Assembly: GCF_018350175.1 (NCBI RefSeq)
Contig: NC_058368.1
Coordinates: 51,027,815-51,091,814, forward strand
Length of the DNA: 64,000 bases
Direction: 5' to 3'
Source of the DNA: Felis catus
Taxonomy: Eukaryota
Shown one piece after another: positions 38,391 through 51,944 of the stretch. Below the pieces are notes generated by a model. The model was given only the letters and a program-made list of their open reading frames with translations, searched no databases and was not told the DNA's origin. Made by a program: the position numbers and the translations under genes. The stretch's first letter is position 1. Each line of letters begins with the position of its first letter.

Positions 38391-39617
38391 GTCACCCCTT
38401 CTGTGATTGACAATCAGAGGAGCATCTCAGCTCCAGCAGCCTGGTTCTTAGACAACCTCGACTTCTGACGGAGCGTGGGAGCTGGGAGTGCCAAGGATTC
38501 AAAACTGTGTGAAATCAGAATTGAACAGGACTCACGGCATGTAGCAAAGGCAGGACCTCCGGACGGTTGTAAGGAGACACTTATGTCCGATTGTAAAACT
38601 CCTGCGATTTCTCACCCTCCCCACAACCTTTTTCCCTCTCCTCCACACACAGACCTTGTACCCACATTACTTCTCTGAACATAAAAGCCATTTTACCTCA
38701 AATTCAAAGAAATTGCTTTGCTCTTTCCCTTTTTTTTAAATCTCTTTCCACAACCCAATCCAACTACTTAATTACTTTAGCTTAGCGAACTTTAGATGAG
38801 ATTTCACTATCCATCTTCTTATATTTTTAGTATGTTAAGTCAGTATGTATTTCCTCAGGTAAAGAGTGCACACTCTCTCTATAGATTAGAACATTTTGAA
38901 TAACAAAAAATTTCTTCTGCTTTCATTATTCTTCCCATGAACAGAATTTTATCCATACCTGTTTAGAAATACTGATCACATAAAGTGCATATCCGTAGCA
39001 TGCTACTCTGACACACTTTTTTGACTGGTCATATGGTCATTGTATTGAATTCATTGTACAAGAAAACAAGGTATTTTCTTTTAGCCAAAAAATAAATAAA
39101 TAAATGAACAACAGAGTAAATTATTAAATTAGTTCTCATCCTCTTCAATATGCACAGTACAAAATTTCTTAGGGAATTGTGATAAAAGACATTTCACTAG
39201 AAAAGAAAATCCATAATTCATATGCCATCTCTCTGGTTAATTCTCAGATTGACCCTTCAGAGCAAAGCCTATAATCATTCTTCAGCATTTTCATCATCTA
39301 AAGTTTATCTTACTAATAAAAGTTACACATGTGTAACCCATCTCCCAACATTGTGAATTTTAACTAATTCTTGGGCTTTATTAGACATTTTGGGGATCCA
39401 TTCTGAAGTGAACAGCTTCTCCCCACTCAGTCTGATCTCAGGTCCACCTTGCTCATAATTGCTTTGTATCTCCAAAATTTATAAGGGCCGTAATAAAACA
39501 TTTAGTAAAGACATTGTCTTATTTGCCTCAATGGGTATCTGTCACAGTGCCTTGGAATGAACTGTGGAAGGAAGGGAGAGAACACATGGAAACTATAAAC
39601 AAGTAGGTCCTTGCCCA

Positions 39618-40068
39618 CGGAAGGGAGAAAAGAATTTAACGCTACCTTCCAACATTCTTCTGGCTGGTCTAAGAATCAAATTGACAGGAGACAGATTAAC
39701 AGGGGAAAAAAATCAAAGTCTAATAACCTGGATACCTCCTGCACACAGGAGAGAGACCAAGGAAAATTGAGAAACTCACCAAAATGGCTAAAGCCATCAT
39801 CTTAAATATCACCTCCAGTTAAAGGCAAAAGAAGTTACTAGAGTTGGGAGTGCCTTCTCTGTTGGTCTACGCTTCTTCCTGATACTAAGGAAGACACCTT
39901 TACAAATGGAGATTTCTCTTACACCTGTAAAAAGTCTCTTACTTCCTGTAACTTCCACTCGGGTCTCAGAGTTTCTCTTGCCTCTGCAGTTTCTTAAAAA
40001 TAACCATCTTAGAATAGTCAATATGCCAAAGAGGCATATCTTGGGGTGGCAAAATTTGCTCCCTTACA
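39618..40068 (-). mobile_element. ERV1-class solo LTR (MER34/MER39-like)
   Basis: Minus strand begins TGTAAGGGAGCAAATTTTGCCACCCCAAGATATGCC; 4-bp CCCA on both flanks. Confidence 0.75.
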
Positions 40069-41174
40069 CCCACAAACAAAATTAAGCTTTAAATATAGAT
40101 TTCCTGTACCAATGACTCAAGCCAATTTTGAAGAGTTCTCCCATTTCCATTGGGAAGGTACTTGGGAAAACAGAATCCTTTACATTTAGCTGAAAATTTA
40201 CAATTTTGTTGTAAAATTATAAGTTTTCAAAAAATACTTGCTTATCAATATATTTTCACAAACACACAGACACATATAGCATGTACTGAAATTCTTTGCA
40301 AAAGGAAACCATCCAGCTTTCTGACTAGATTATGTTCCATCCCTTTTTACGAAGCAGTTATTGTCATATGAGGGGGTTGATGATTATAAAAAGAATTATG
40401 TTTCTCTGGTTTTTAATAGAAAAATTTGCTTTTATGAAGAACATTTAAAAAATCTCTAGCAGTTTATTTCATCCATTTCTAAAACCAAAATTCATTACCT
40501 TTTCTTGAAACATTTCACTGGGCATCACAACTTGTGTAGAAATAGATCCCCCGATGGCCCGCATTATCCTCAGTGACACCTATACTACACTGTCCCATAA
40601 CTCAGGAGCCAGCCCAGTGAATCATGGTCAAATAACAGCAGAAGAAGGTGAAGTCTGAGAACATTCTGCTATTGACTAAAGAGGATAAGAATGTCCTGGC
40701 TGTATTTCCCCCGCTTCATTCTAGAATCACAATAATCTACAACTCATACCTACATCCATTCCATAGAGTGTAATTCCAATTCTATGATATCTTGTACAAC
40801 ACTATTTTATGCTGATAAAATACAGGTCTATCTACCTCATAGAAATTGGAATGGGAAGTAAAACAGTGAAATGATAAATATTCAATATATAGCAGAGAAT
40901 GTTCTCTCTCTTTCCTGAAACAGTGAATCTTCTAGGTTACTTGTTCACAAACGTTTTGTCCCATGTCTGGAGATCTCTTCAGCAGATCATCTTCCCTACT
41001 GGTCCCTACTTGCCCGAACAGAAAGGACTCAGCAGAATAGATGGATCACAAATGAGATATCAAATGAAAAATATCAAGTCAATTAACAATTTCCAGAGAA
41101 GAAAGTCACTAATTTTGATATACTAGAATATATAAGTGACTTGTCCAAGATCCATAAGATACACTCTTACAGAC

Positions 41175-41855
41175 TGTATTAGTTTCCCAAGACGGCCGTA
41201 ACAAATGACCACAAACATGGTGCTTAAAACACCACACCTGGGCACCTGGATGGCTCAGTAGGTTGAGCGCCGGATTCTTGATTTTGGCTCTGGTCATGAT
41301 CTCATAGTTCGTGAGTTCTAGCCCTGCCTCGGGCTCTGCCCTGACAGCGCGGAGTCTGCTTGGGATTCTCTCTCTCCTCTCTCTGCCCTTCCCCCCCACA
41401 AAAATAAATAAATAAACATTTTTTTAAAACCCAGAAATTTATTCTCTCACAGTCCAACAGCCAGATGTCCAAAATTAGTTTCACTGGGCTGACATTAAGA
41501 TGTTGGCAGGGCCACATTCCCTCCAGAAGCTCTAGGAGACGATCCTGTCCTTGCCTCTTCCAGCTTCCGGTGGCTGCACCATCGCTTGACTTGTGGCCAC
41601 ATCACTCCTACCTCTGCCTTGGTGGTTGTGTGGTTTACCCCTCTTCTGTCTGTGTTTCAATGGCCCTCTGCCTCTCTCTTGTAAGGACATCTGTAATGGC
41701 CTTTAGGGACCTCTTGCATAACCCAAGGTAATCTCATCTCCAAATACTTAACTCAGTCAACATCTGCAAAGACACCTTTTTCACAATTACAGTTTCCAGG
41801 AATTAGGAGGGAGAAATCACTGAGGAAAGGCAGGGAGGACTTTCAGCTTACCACA
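41175..41855 (-). mobile_element. MaLR solo LTR (MLT1D-like) with nested SINE
   Basis: TGTATTAGTTTCC...AACAAATGACCACAAAC...AGAAATTTATTCTCTCACAGT...CATCTGCAAAGAC...TTACCACA. Confidence 0.85.
41240..41428 (+). mobile_element. CanSINE nested in MLT1
   Basis: Head, linker and tail; TTAAAAC flanks. Confidence 0.92.
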
Positions 41856-43359
41856 CAGGCCAAGACCACAGTTCAAGAATGTAAACGTAAGCCAAGGAAA
41901 TGATGAAAAGAAATGTGAGTTTCCCACAAGCCTCACACCACACCTTTCTCAAGTCATGATTGTGGAAAGTCAGCTGTTTGGAGAATGTGAGTCTCTCAGT
42001 CTCAGTCACAATGATGTTAATAGATTACCTGCCTTCGGGCCACCATTGACCAGTTGCGAAGCCGATTCCCTGCCACTTATCCAATAATAAAGATACATGT
42101 AATGAGGGGGCGATATTCGTACCTGGCCCTGAAGTAGGATAGAACATGTTCTCGGATTACCCTTCAATGCTTTCCCACAAAGCATTTTAGTTTAAAATTT
42201 GCCTGGAGACCAACAATTTTTCTAAGTCATTCTCAGAGTACTGTCACTGACAGAGTTACAAATAGGAAGGCAGAGTTTACTTCCAAAAATGTCTGGCGAG
42301 GCGCTGGGGAAGTGTCAGGCCAGCTCAGGTCACTGGTGCTTACCTTTTAGCTGCTAATGTGTGTAAATAATCGTTTGCTGGGGACCCAGCTGCTGCACTG
42401 GTGATGTGCGGGTGAAACTAAATGGGGATTCTAGAGAATGAGAACGCAAACCGAATTGTAAGCAAAATTATTGAAACAGGCCAGCCCTCCGTTTGAAGCA
42501 TCATAGACCAACCCAAGAAAAATGACTAATGGGTAACGATACACAGTCCTGACAGGAATCATAAGCTAGGAAGGAAGTTGCATGTAAAATAATAATAAAG
42601 AATATTAAATTGCCACCAGGCCCTGCCAGAGACAAATGAAATCGGAGCAGATTCCCACCACCAGTCACTTACTCAACCCCTTTGAAAATGTCCCTGGCAG
42701 ACAAAGAATGCTTTCACGCACACTCCCTTTCTGCTAGAAAGGAATGTTTTCTCTGGAATGTTTCCTAGCTGGAAAGGGCAGATAAGGGATGCCCCTCTGC
42801 AAAGGAGGCCCTGAGAGGCACCCTTCTGGCCAGTTCATCATCCTTCCTTGGGGAACCAAGGTGGGAAAACAGGCTGCTTTTATCTGCTACCTGTAGAGAA
42901 AATGATGCACTTTCCCCAAGATAACCACAGTTTGACAGCTTTTCATTTCTTCTCTTATAATGTCATACTTCTCTTTCCTGTACATAGAAGATATGAACTC
43001 ATTTTTAACTGCCCATGCAACTTAACATTATTTTTCCTCCCAAGTGATTCCTTTTCGTCAGAAGGTCATTTGAGGTCTTTCTGGAAGTTTAAGCCCCAAG
43101 GTCATTCATTGGTCACTAGTAAGCAGTGAGCCCCTGCCTGCCCCGCTCTGCGTCCCTATCATCAGATTGTAAGCAAAACCCAGCCTCAAGCTCCTGACAC
43201 AGACACCAGCTGGCTGCAACCCACACACACTCCTGCAAAAGAAAGACAGGCAGCAAAACTCTAGGACAGGACAAGCGGTCCCTAGTCTCAGATGGCAGCT
43301 TATCTCAGCCCTGTTCTAATCACCTGCTTATTCCTCCTTGACTTTATTGGCCTATTAAG

Positions 43360-43540
43360 ACAGCAGCTCTCAACCCTCAGTGCCCATGAGAAACATCTGG
43401 GGAACATCGATAAACATAATCGAAGTCCCAAACCCTCCCTCACGCACAGAGTGAATCAGCCTGAGGTGGGGCCCCCACAGCAGGACTTTTTTTAATTCCC
43501 TAGGTGATTCTAATGCGCAAGCATGTTTGAGAATCATTGT
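43360..43540. mobile_element. MER5A-like hAT MITE
   Basis: CAGCAGCTCTCAAC...AGGTGATTCTAATG...TTGAGAATCATTG terminal inverted repeats. Confidence 0.65.
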
Positions 43541-43994
43541 TCTACCTGCTGGCTTCTGTTATTTTTGCCATCCATGTCTTCCCAGACTCTCTTCCATATT
43601 TACCTACCCTGGCCCACCATATTTATCCACTTTTTCCCATCTTTCTAGGGTCATTAAAACTCCCATTTTGCTGCTTGATGCTATGGTACTGTCTTAACTC
43701 TTCTCCAGACTTGACACATTGCCTGGCAAGACTTTCTTTCTGTTCTTTTCCAGGTCCTGGCTTCCCCTGGCTTGCCCCGATGGGACACCCACCAAGATCA
43801 CAAAAACACCTCAGCAAGAGTCTGCCTACCCACCGGCTGTTCCCTCCTTCACTTAAGGCTGTCCCAAATCTGACAAGTCACATAACCCTTGCCTCTTGGA
43901 ACTCCATAACATTCAACACCTTGGTCCACATTTGAACCAAACGCCTTAGCATGGCTATACCCTTACCTACCACCTATGCATTCAGAACTAACGC

Positions 43995-44200
43995 CATGTA
44001 GGGCCAAATAGCTTTTTTGTTGTGGGAGGCTATCCTGTATGTTATCAATATGTTTAATAGCACCCTTGGTCTCTGCTCACCAGATGCCAGTAGCACCTTT
44101 TCCCCCAACTTGTGACAGCCAAAAACATCTCCAGACATGGCCCAATGATCCTGGGGAGGTAAAGAATTACTCCATCCCCTGCCCCATTGAGAACCACTGC
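43995..44200. mobile_element. MER20-like hAT MITE
   Basis: CACCAGATGCCAGTAGCACC...GTGACAGCCAAAAACATCTCCAGACAT...TTGAGAACCACTG. Confidence 0.75.
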
Positions 44201-44524
44201 TCCACCTGTATGTCCAATCTCCTAAACTACTTCAGTCGAGTTGTTTTCTTCCACTATCTGGCATATATTTCTTCCCAGTATTAATTTTCACCCAGTTTAC
44301 AATCTGTGATTCTGAAGCATCTTCCTCCCGAATTAAGAACCTTCAGCTTTGATTCACTTCCCAAATGATGCCAACCCCAAAGCAGCTAAGACAGATTCTC
44401 ACATCCTGTGGTCATCCTTAACCCTCCTTTTGCAGATGACCGTTGGGAAGTTTCTGTGAAACACATTGCAGGATAGGGTTCAATCCATGCAGTTATCTGG
44501 AAATCTCCTTAAAGTCACTACTGT

Positions 44525-44740
44525 GGGGGAGACTGGCTGACTGTCAGTTGAGCATCCAACTCTTGATTTCGGCTCAGGTCATGATCTCATGGGTTCCTGA
44601 GATCGAGCCCCGAGTCAGGCTTTGCGCTCATGGTGTGGAGCCTGCTTACGATTCTCTCTCCCCTACCCTCTCTCTCTGCCCCTCCCCTGCTCACTCTCAT
44701 TGTCTCTCTCTCTCTCTCAAAATAAATAAACAAAAAAAAA
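44525..44740 (+). mobile_element. CanSINE
   Basis: Full body with A tail. Confidence 0.92.
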
Positions 44741-44871
44741 TCACTTCCCTGATTTTTTCCATTAGATAGCTTTGTTGCATAAAGACTGGCCTTATGCTAT
44801 ATGCCCTGTAAACACTAAAATGCTAAATGAATTTATGTAATGGGAGTGTTAATAGAACATAAACCAGGACC

Positions 44872-44977
44872 TTTTTTTTCCCAGATTTTATTTTTAAGTA
44901 ATCTCTACACCCAACTCAAAATAAAACCCTGAGATCAAGAGTTGCATGCTCCACCGACTGAGCCAGCCATGTGCCCC
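44872..44977 (-). mobile_element. Short CanSINE variant
   Basis: TAATCTCTACACCCAA...CCGACTGAGCCAGCC; TSD ACCAGGACCTTT. Confidence 0.85.
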
Positions 44978-46674
44978 AGACGAGACCAGGACCTTTCTTA
45001 ATATTGGAAATGCTAAATTAATTCTGGACTCTAAACACTCTTATCCTCTGAATAATTATTTATTCCTGCCTCTGACTTGTGGAATGGGGATTGTAATGTT
45101 CTTGAAAAGCCCTTTGAGATTCCACATTGGGCGGAATTTCATTTCAATTCGAGTACCCACTCTCAATTACTTGAGCTAATGGAGAGGGACAAAGCACCAA
45201 AAATTGAATATTCACATAATACAAGTATACGCTTATACTGAAACAAACGTGTAGTCTCAGATTTTCAGAAATTAAAAGGTTGCCAAAAGTCATCAGGCTG
45301 ATGTTATTGCATGATTCATAACTCTTCCACTGAAGAATTGCAAATATGTTTGAGCATTACGTTACTGGCATAAGACAACCAGAAGCGCAACTTTCCATAG
45401 TTCTTCACTGTGATTAGAGGTGATTTCAATATCAACATTGTTTTGATAGGTTTATATAAGAATTCTTGTTCTAAAATCAGGGTTTATATAAGTTTATTCA
45501 TTCAACTTTCCTATACATGAAAAGAATTCTTATCTTTTCATAGTTACATTTCATGCATTCCCACTACCCCAGGCAACTAACCCTGTCCTCCCACCATTTC
45601 CCCTTTCGACATGCAAGGGAAATTAACAAGTGCAAGAGCTTCCGGTTGCTTAGAGCAGTACATAGAGCACAGGGTTGTTGACTAGACAAGTATGTTTTTG
45701 TATCTGCAAACTGAAAAGTTATTTTTAACAAATATACTTCATTTTGCTTTAAAAAATATCATGGACATAGCTTATAGGTTACTAAAATAAAAGCGTGATC
45801 ATTGGGGTCTTTTTTTTCCTTTTTGGGAGGGGTGTGTGTTTTAAGCTTTTAAACTAAACCATTTTTGGTTGAACAGATGCACAGTGCTAATTACTAAGAA
45901 AGATAGAAGTGCCATAAAGCTTTATTAATAAAGTTTGTTTTAGCTATACATCTCTTATGAAGACTATGGCAAGTTCTTTAGAACATAAAATACCACCCAA
46001 CTTACACAAAACTCCAAACTTTGGATTGAGGAAAACATTTCTACATTGTTTTTTCATACCATAACTGCAGACTCTCATTTTCTGAGAGACAAAGACTGAA
46101 GTGGATGGCGTTGATAATCACTACATATCTCCAAGATCCATGTCATTCACAGAATAGCTAACAATAATCCCCACTGCACTCTAGCCCTTGTTTTAAAGCT
46201 TGTGGATAAGGAAATTGCATATCACAATTAAAAGAGTGAGTTTCCCATAGTTCGTCACTACAGCATGTGGCAATTTTAACTTCAACACTGTTAAAGAGTT
46301 GACTTCCTTCTCTTTCTTCTTTCTTAGCTAGTGACCATTTTTGTTTAATTTGCTGTAACTAAATAAGAGTCAATACCAGCCTCTTAACTAGGAAGTCACT
46401 AGCAGATTTATCAATTATGTCATAAAGTAGAGTGGATCAAAGATACATGTCAAAGGATTCAAGCCCCAAAGACTCTCTTCATTTGTTAGATAGAGAAGCT
46501 AAAACAATGCATTGATTTGTCTTACTTTTCCCCAAATTGACTCAAACCTAGAATTAAACTATATGATGATAACATGAAACTTTATGGAGAATTCTTCTAA
46601 GATACTGGGAGAGGGAGACTATACATGCCAGCAAAGAAATAAAGCAACAATATAATAAAGTTTCACTGTTATTT

Positions 46675-47286
46675 GGCATAGTTTAGGCTGCTGTAACAAA
46701 AATACCATGAACTGGGGGGCTTAAACGACAAACATTTACTTCTCACAGTTCTGGAGGTTGGGAAGTCCAAGATCAAGGCACTGGCAGATTTAGTGTCTGG
46801 TGAGAGGCCACTTTCTGGTTCACAGACAGCCAGCTTCTAGTTGTGTCTTCACATGGTGGAAAAGGTTGGAGTACAAGGTTGGAGTATCTGGGTGGCTCAG
46901 TTGGGTAAGCATTTGACTCTTAATTTCGGCTCAGGTCATGATCTCATGGTTTGTGAGTTCGAGCCCCATGTTGGGCTCTGCGCTGACAGTGCAGAGCCTG
47001 CTTGGGATTCTCTCTCCCTCCCTGTCTCTCTCTCACTCCCTCCCTGTCTCTCTCTCTCCCCATCTGTCTCTCTCAAAAATAAATAAATAACCTTAAAAAA
47101 AAAACCAACCAACAAACAAGGTTGCCCTCTTGGGTCTCTTGTATAAGGTCACCAGTCCCATTCTTGAGGGCAACACCCTCATGAACTATTCACCTCCCAA
47201 AGGCCCCACCTCTAAATACCATAACATTGGGGGATAGGATTTCAACATACAAATTTTGGGAGGACACAAACATCCAGTCTATAGCA
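46675..47286 (-). mobile_element. MaLR solo LTR (MLT1A-like) with nested SINE
   Basis: GGCTGCTGTAACAAAAATACCAT...CACAGTTCTGGAGGTTGGGAAGTCCAAGATCAAGG...GGACACAAACATCCAGTCTATAGCA. Confidence 0.88.
46881..47117 (+). mobile_element. CanSINE nested in MLT1A
   Basis: Full body; ACAAGGTTG flanks. Confidence 0.93.
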
Positions 47287-48888
47287 CTGTTGTTGTTTCT
47301 TACTTATATTTTAAATGTAACACTCCCAGATGGAGCAGGCAAAACTTTGACTCGTGGAAAGTACTAACACTTAGAACACACATAGTTCTGAGCAGAAAGA
47401 AAAACAACAGCCCCACTACTGTAAGGTCAGAACATCATGGCACGGACCATTTATTTTTTTAAAAGTCCTTGCAACTGTCATTTTTAAAACCCACAACCCT
47501 CATCAGCAGAACATTTGGAATAGTATACTCACTCCCGTGTTCCAGGGAGGTCAAATTTCCTTCCTACATCTCTTAAGAGGCACCTCTTGAAACTTTCCAG
47601 TTAAGATTTTCAAAACTTTGTAATAAATAATAGCCCTGGATGAAGGCCTATAATATGGCTCTCAGTGAACTTGACTTTCATCATAAAATGGAAACATTTG
47701 TCAAGATTTTGGGGTTTGAAGCAGCTGCCATCTAATAACTATTCAGAAAAAAATACCCAAATTAGTTTAGCTCTTATTGTAATTTCTGTGATCTTCAAGT
47801 CAGATAGAAGGATACTCATTTCTATGTATTTATTTATGAAACTACGGTTATAATTTCTCAAAAAATATATATGCATAAAGAGGGACTAATGATTCTTATC
47901 ATGTTACCAAAAAAAGTAAAAGGTAAATTTTAAGCTAGTTCTTTTTCTCCCTAATACATAAGAAAAGAATGAATTAACATGAGCATTCATTTCAACAAAC
48001 TTTTACTGATGATTTATTATGTGCTGGGTACTGTGTTGAACCCTGAGGCAAATATAAAGAAATAAAGGATCACCGCCCTTGCCCCCTTAAATGGGAAAAT
48101 CAATGTCAAGGAGGAGTAAAAATTAAACCCATACCATAAAGCAGAAGCAAGCAGCCTAAGTCACCAGGGAGCCTAAACTCAGGGTCAATTTCCTTCACAT
48201 TCCCTTCCTCTAAACTGTGTGGTTTCATTCTATGCTTTTCAAAGAAGACAGATAAAGGGTGAACAAGAAGATACTTCTATTGCCCCTTTTCTTCTAAATA
48301 CAGAAATTAGGGCTTGCTTTAACCTTAGATTCTTTCCCTCACCCACCTGGAAAGTAATAGAATGGAGAAGGAAAATGAATTAAGGAGGAACAATTTATAA
48401 CTAACTTGGGAAATGTTGTCTGTTACTGTAACAAAAGGGAAGTCCAAATAACTAATTTTAGAATGTGTCATTACTGTGCTTCCTCTTTTTTTTCTTGTTC
48501 TATGCTTTTATTTGCATTGCAGTTTTGCATATAAATGAATAAAAAGACAACACGTATTCATTCAAGTTGTAAATAGTCATCATTTCTCCGTTATTAATAA
48601 AAAGCAACAGTCACACAAAGTTATAACAACTAAAAGTGCTTAGTCCTCTCCTCCTCTACCCATGTCAAAGCAAGTCCAAGGGAACGGGACCCCCACTGGA
48701 TCCAGGATGCCCCTCATCTCAGCCCCCTTCAGTGCCCAAGGTTAACACCACCCACCTTGGGCCTCCTCTCCTCCCTCCCACACTACCTTCTACTTAGCAA
48801 TCCTGTGCTTCATCTTTTTCACTTAGGAAAAATAGGGAGGGGTGGGGATCATTCTTAGTAGCTATAAATGTATTTAAAAGAATTGTTG

Positions 48889-49115
48889 GGGGGCGCCTGG
48901 GTGGCTCAGTTGGTTAAACAGCTGACTTCGGCCCAGGTCATGATTTCACAGTTTGTGAGTTCAAGCCTCACATCAGGCTCTGTGCCGACAGCTCAGAGCC
49001 TAGAGTCTTCAGCCTGCTTTGGATTCTGTGTCTCCCTCTCTGCCCCTCCCTTCTCATGCTCTGTCTCTCTCTCAAATATAAATAAACTTTGAAAAAATCT
49101 TAAAAAAAAAAAAAA
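48889..49115 (+). mobile_element. CanSINE
   Basis: TSD AAAAGAATTGT. Confidence 0.95.
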
Positions 49116-49439
49116 GAATTGTGGGGAGGGGGGAAGGTCATGTTCCTAAAACACCAAACGTGCAAAGGGTATGAGGCCCGACACTGGTAAATTCTCTGTG
49201 ATGTCTGGTGGTGTCAGAAGCAAAGGCCCTTCACCTGGCCAGTCTACCATTTTGCTCTATCTGCATCTTTTCACTCAGAAGAGTCACCTGATCCGACTCT
49301 TGCTGCCTCTCCAGCTGTTTCATTGATTGGCTGGTTGGCTGGTGTTCTGTGTTTGTTTGGGTGGGGGAGGGCTTTTCTTTTCCCCTGAGGTTCTGGTTCT
49401 CACTGTGTCCAGGTCTTTCCCTATGAAGCTGGCCTGTGC

Positions 49440-49712
49440 TTAGAAGGCCCCTCCCCTTCCTCTCCTTTACCTTTAAGCTTCAGTTTTGACATCTCCTCAG
49501 AAGCCTAAGGCTGAGTCAGGCATCCCGCTTTCTTTCTCCAGCAATTACTCAGACTGTCTTAGCACCGCACTCCCAAGTTATTTCGTTATGATTTAGCGAC
49601 CATCTAATTCTCAGTGCTTACTCATTCTGGCACATTACTCATCAGATTGGCACAGTCTGGCACATAGTAGGTACTCAAGAGATTCTGAATGAATGAATGA
49701 ATGAATGAATGC
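49440..49712 (+). mobile_element. L2 3' end with (TGAA)n tail
   Basis: CTGGCACATAGTAGGTACTCAA...(TGAA)n. Confidence 0.75.
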
Positions 49713-49767
49713 TGAATGGCTTACATGGGAAGGTGTTGCAGCAGTCAAGTTAAGAATTAATGGCCTA

Positions 49768-49889
49768 GGGGCACCTAGGTGGCTCAGTCGGTTAAGCACC
49801 CGACTCTTGATTTCAGCTCAGGTTATGATCTCATGAACCATGAGGTTCCCACATCACGCTCTATGCTGACAACATGGAGTCTGCTTGGG

Positions 49890-49935
<46 letters not shown>

Positions 49936-49991
49936 CCTCCCCCACTCATTATGTTCTCTGTTTCTGTCAAGTAACATAAGGAAAAAAAAAA
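49768..49991 (+). mobile_element. CanSINE
   Basis: TSD AAGAA[T/C]TAATGGCCTA. Confidence 0.95.
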
Positions 49992-50779
49992 AGAACTAAT
50001 GGCCTAAAGTGACCTCTATGCCTCCTTTCTACCTAGCCCCATAGGCCACTCTTAGGGGTATCTGTGATTAGAAAGAGAGGTGCATTCTGGCCCTGAAGAG
50101 ACACTGACCTTGAAACTTCTTATGTGTACAGAATAAAGCTGAGAACATAAGAGTTTAACATTTTCTCTAAACTATTCATCAAGAAACAAGCCCATGATAT
50201 ACCAGCAGAAGTTCTCAACCCCTCCACCAAGTTGTTAATGTCAGAGGAGGGTGAACTGTCCCTAAGATCCTACAAGTTAAGAATGTCTTTAATGTTTAGG
50301 GTTTTGTCTTTGAAATTCTCAGATATTTATCATTCTTTCCATAAAATGAAACAGATTTTTGTCAATTACCTGCCAGTTAAGTGTCTTAATTTCCCAACTC
50401 ATATATACACATTTCAGTTAGTCAAACTGATATTCCAGGAACACACTTCATATTTATTCTATAGCTTCCTATCCTTTTTCAACTTCCCCCTAAAGAATAC
50501 ATTATAGCTCCTCTTTCTATACTATGTTCCTAAAACCCAAGTGTCAGCCATATTCATTGGGGGAGAAAACAAAAAACAACCCAGAACAAAATGGAGTAAG
50601 GATATAGAAAAAAATTGGGGAAGAGGCTTGTCCTGAATATGAAAGCCACATAAAACTTTATACGTGTGTATCTAAGGATTCTAGAGTTACTTCATCTATC
50701 ACCATCCCCATTCCCTTGAGAGTTTCCAGTGAGCCCTACTATTTCCGTAGCCACTACAGACGAAAACAGTACTTGCGGG

Positions 50780-51265
50780 AGATTTGTCTCTTGGTATCAC
50801 CTCATACAAAACAGACTGATATGTTTGCGTAGATGCGAAAAGACACTCAATACAGCACTCTTTGGAACAGAAACAAAAAAAGCCCTGAAAACCTAAATGC
50901 CCATCAAGAAAGGACGGGTAAAATAAACGAGTGCACATCTAGACAATGACCCATCGTGCACAATATCACATAGCCATCAAATAAAGTGAGGTAGATCGTT
51001 GCTACATGTTCACTCATGCACTGCAGGAGCTCCGGAATGTGTGGTTAAAAGAAGAAAGGAGGGCACAGGACAGGTATTAATTCCTACTGAATGGAGAAAG
51101 GGGAAGAATAGATGTATATTTATATATGCACAGAATGTCTCTGTAAAGACACACCAGTGGTTTCCCAGGGGGAGAAACAGTGTTACTGGAGGAGGGAGAG
51201 TTACGTGTTCTTTCATATGAAAATTGCATTGTTTAGATTTTTCTCATAAACTTTTCAAAAAACAA
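50780..51265 (+). mobile_element. Degenerate old L1 (L1ME-like) 3' region
   Basis: AACCTAAATGCCCATCAA...AAATAAAC...ATAGCCATCAAA. Confidence 0.55.
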
Positions 51266-51944
51266 ATTGTATATGTATAAATACACACTTCCAGAACAAA
51301 AGCTATCTGGAGGAAGCACAAGCAAAAGCAGAGAGGAAGGGCGAAGCCCGGCTCGCACAAGACACACCACTTCTGGCTTCCGGTGCCACAGCCCAGAGCA
51401 GGCTGGCATCACCTCCTTCAGCGTGGGTGATTTCTCAGTCTGGAAGGCGCTGTGCTCTCCTTCCAGAGGAGGGACACCAGCGATGGAGGGGATCCTGGAA
51501 AGAGACCCTATAATAAAAATGCAGATCTTCTCCCAACATCCTTTAGTTTCATCTTCATGAATAATACTTCTAATTCAGGCGTATCTCAAAGCTTCATTTT
51601 TCCCTACAAACTTTAAAAGGTCATCTCTACCTACATTCCCCACATTCAAAACAATTTGCATATGCCGCTAAGACTGAGATCAAAGCAAATGTGAAGGACT
51701 TTTCCTCCACATCGAGTACCAAACCACCTTCACAATAGGCATTCTTGACAATAAACTCTGGAGAAAGAGCCTGGTAGCTCCTGGCCGAAGTGGCCAATTC
51801 CACAGTGAGAAGTTCTTCTGATGGCATAATGCTCATCACCAGCCCTACACCAACTTGGGAAGTATTCCCAGTACTCAGAGAACCCCTTAAATGAGATCAG
51901 ACCAGTGTTCAAGCCAATCCATACCCAGAAGCCAAAAGGAATAA

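Noticed and set aside
1095..49979. Recurring short ORFs with MAQSVK / AQVMIS / SLSLSL motifs resembling a gene family
   Set aside because: All are translations of CanSINE bodies and their (CT)n linkers.
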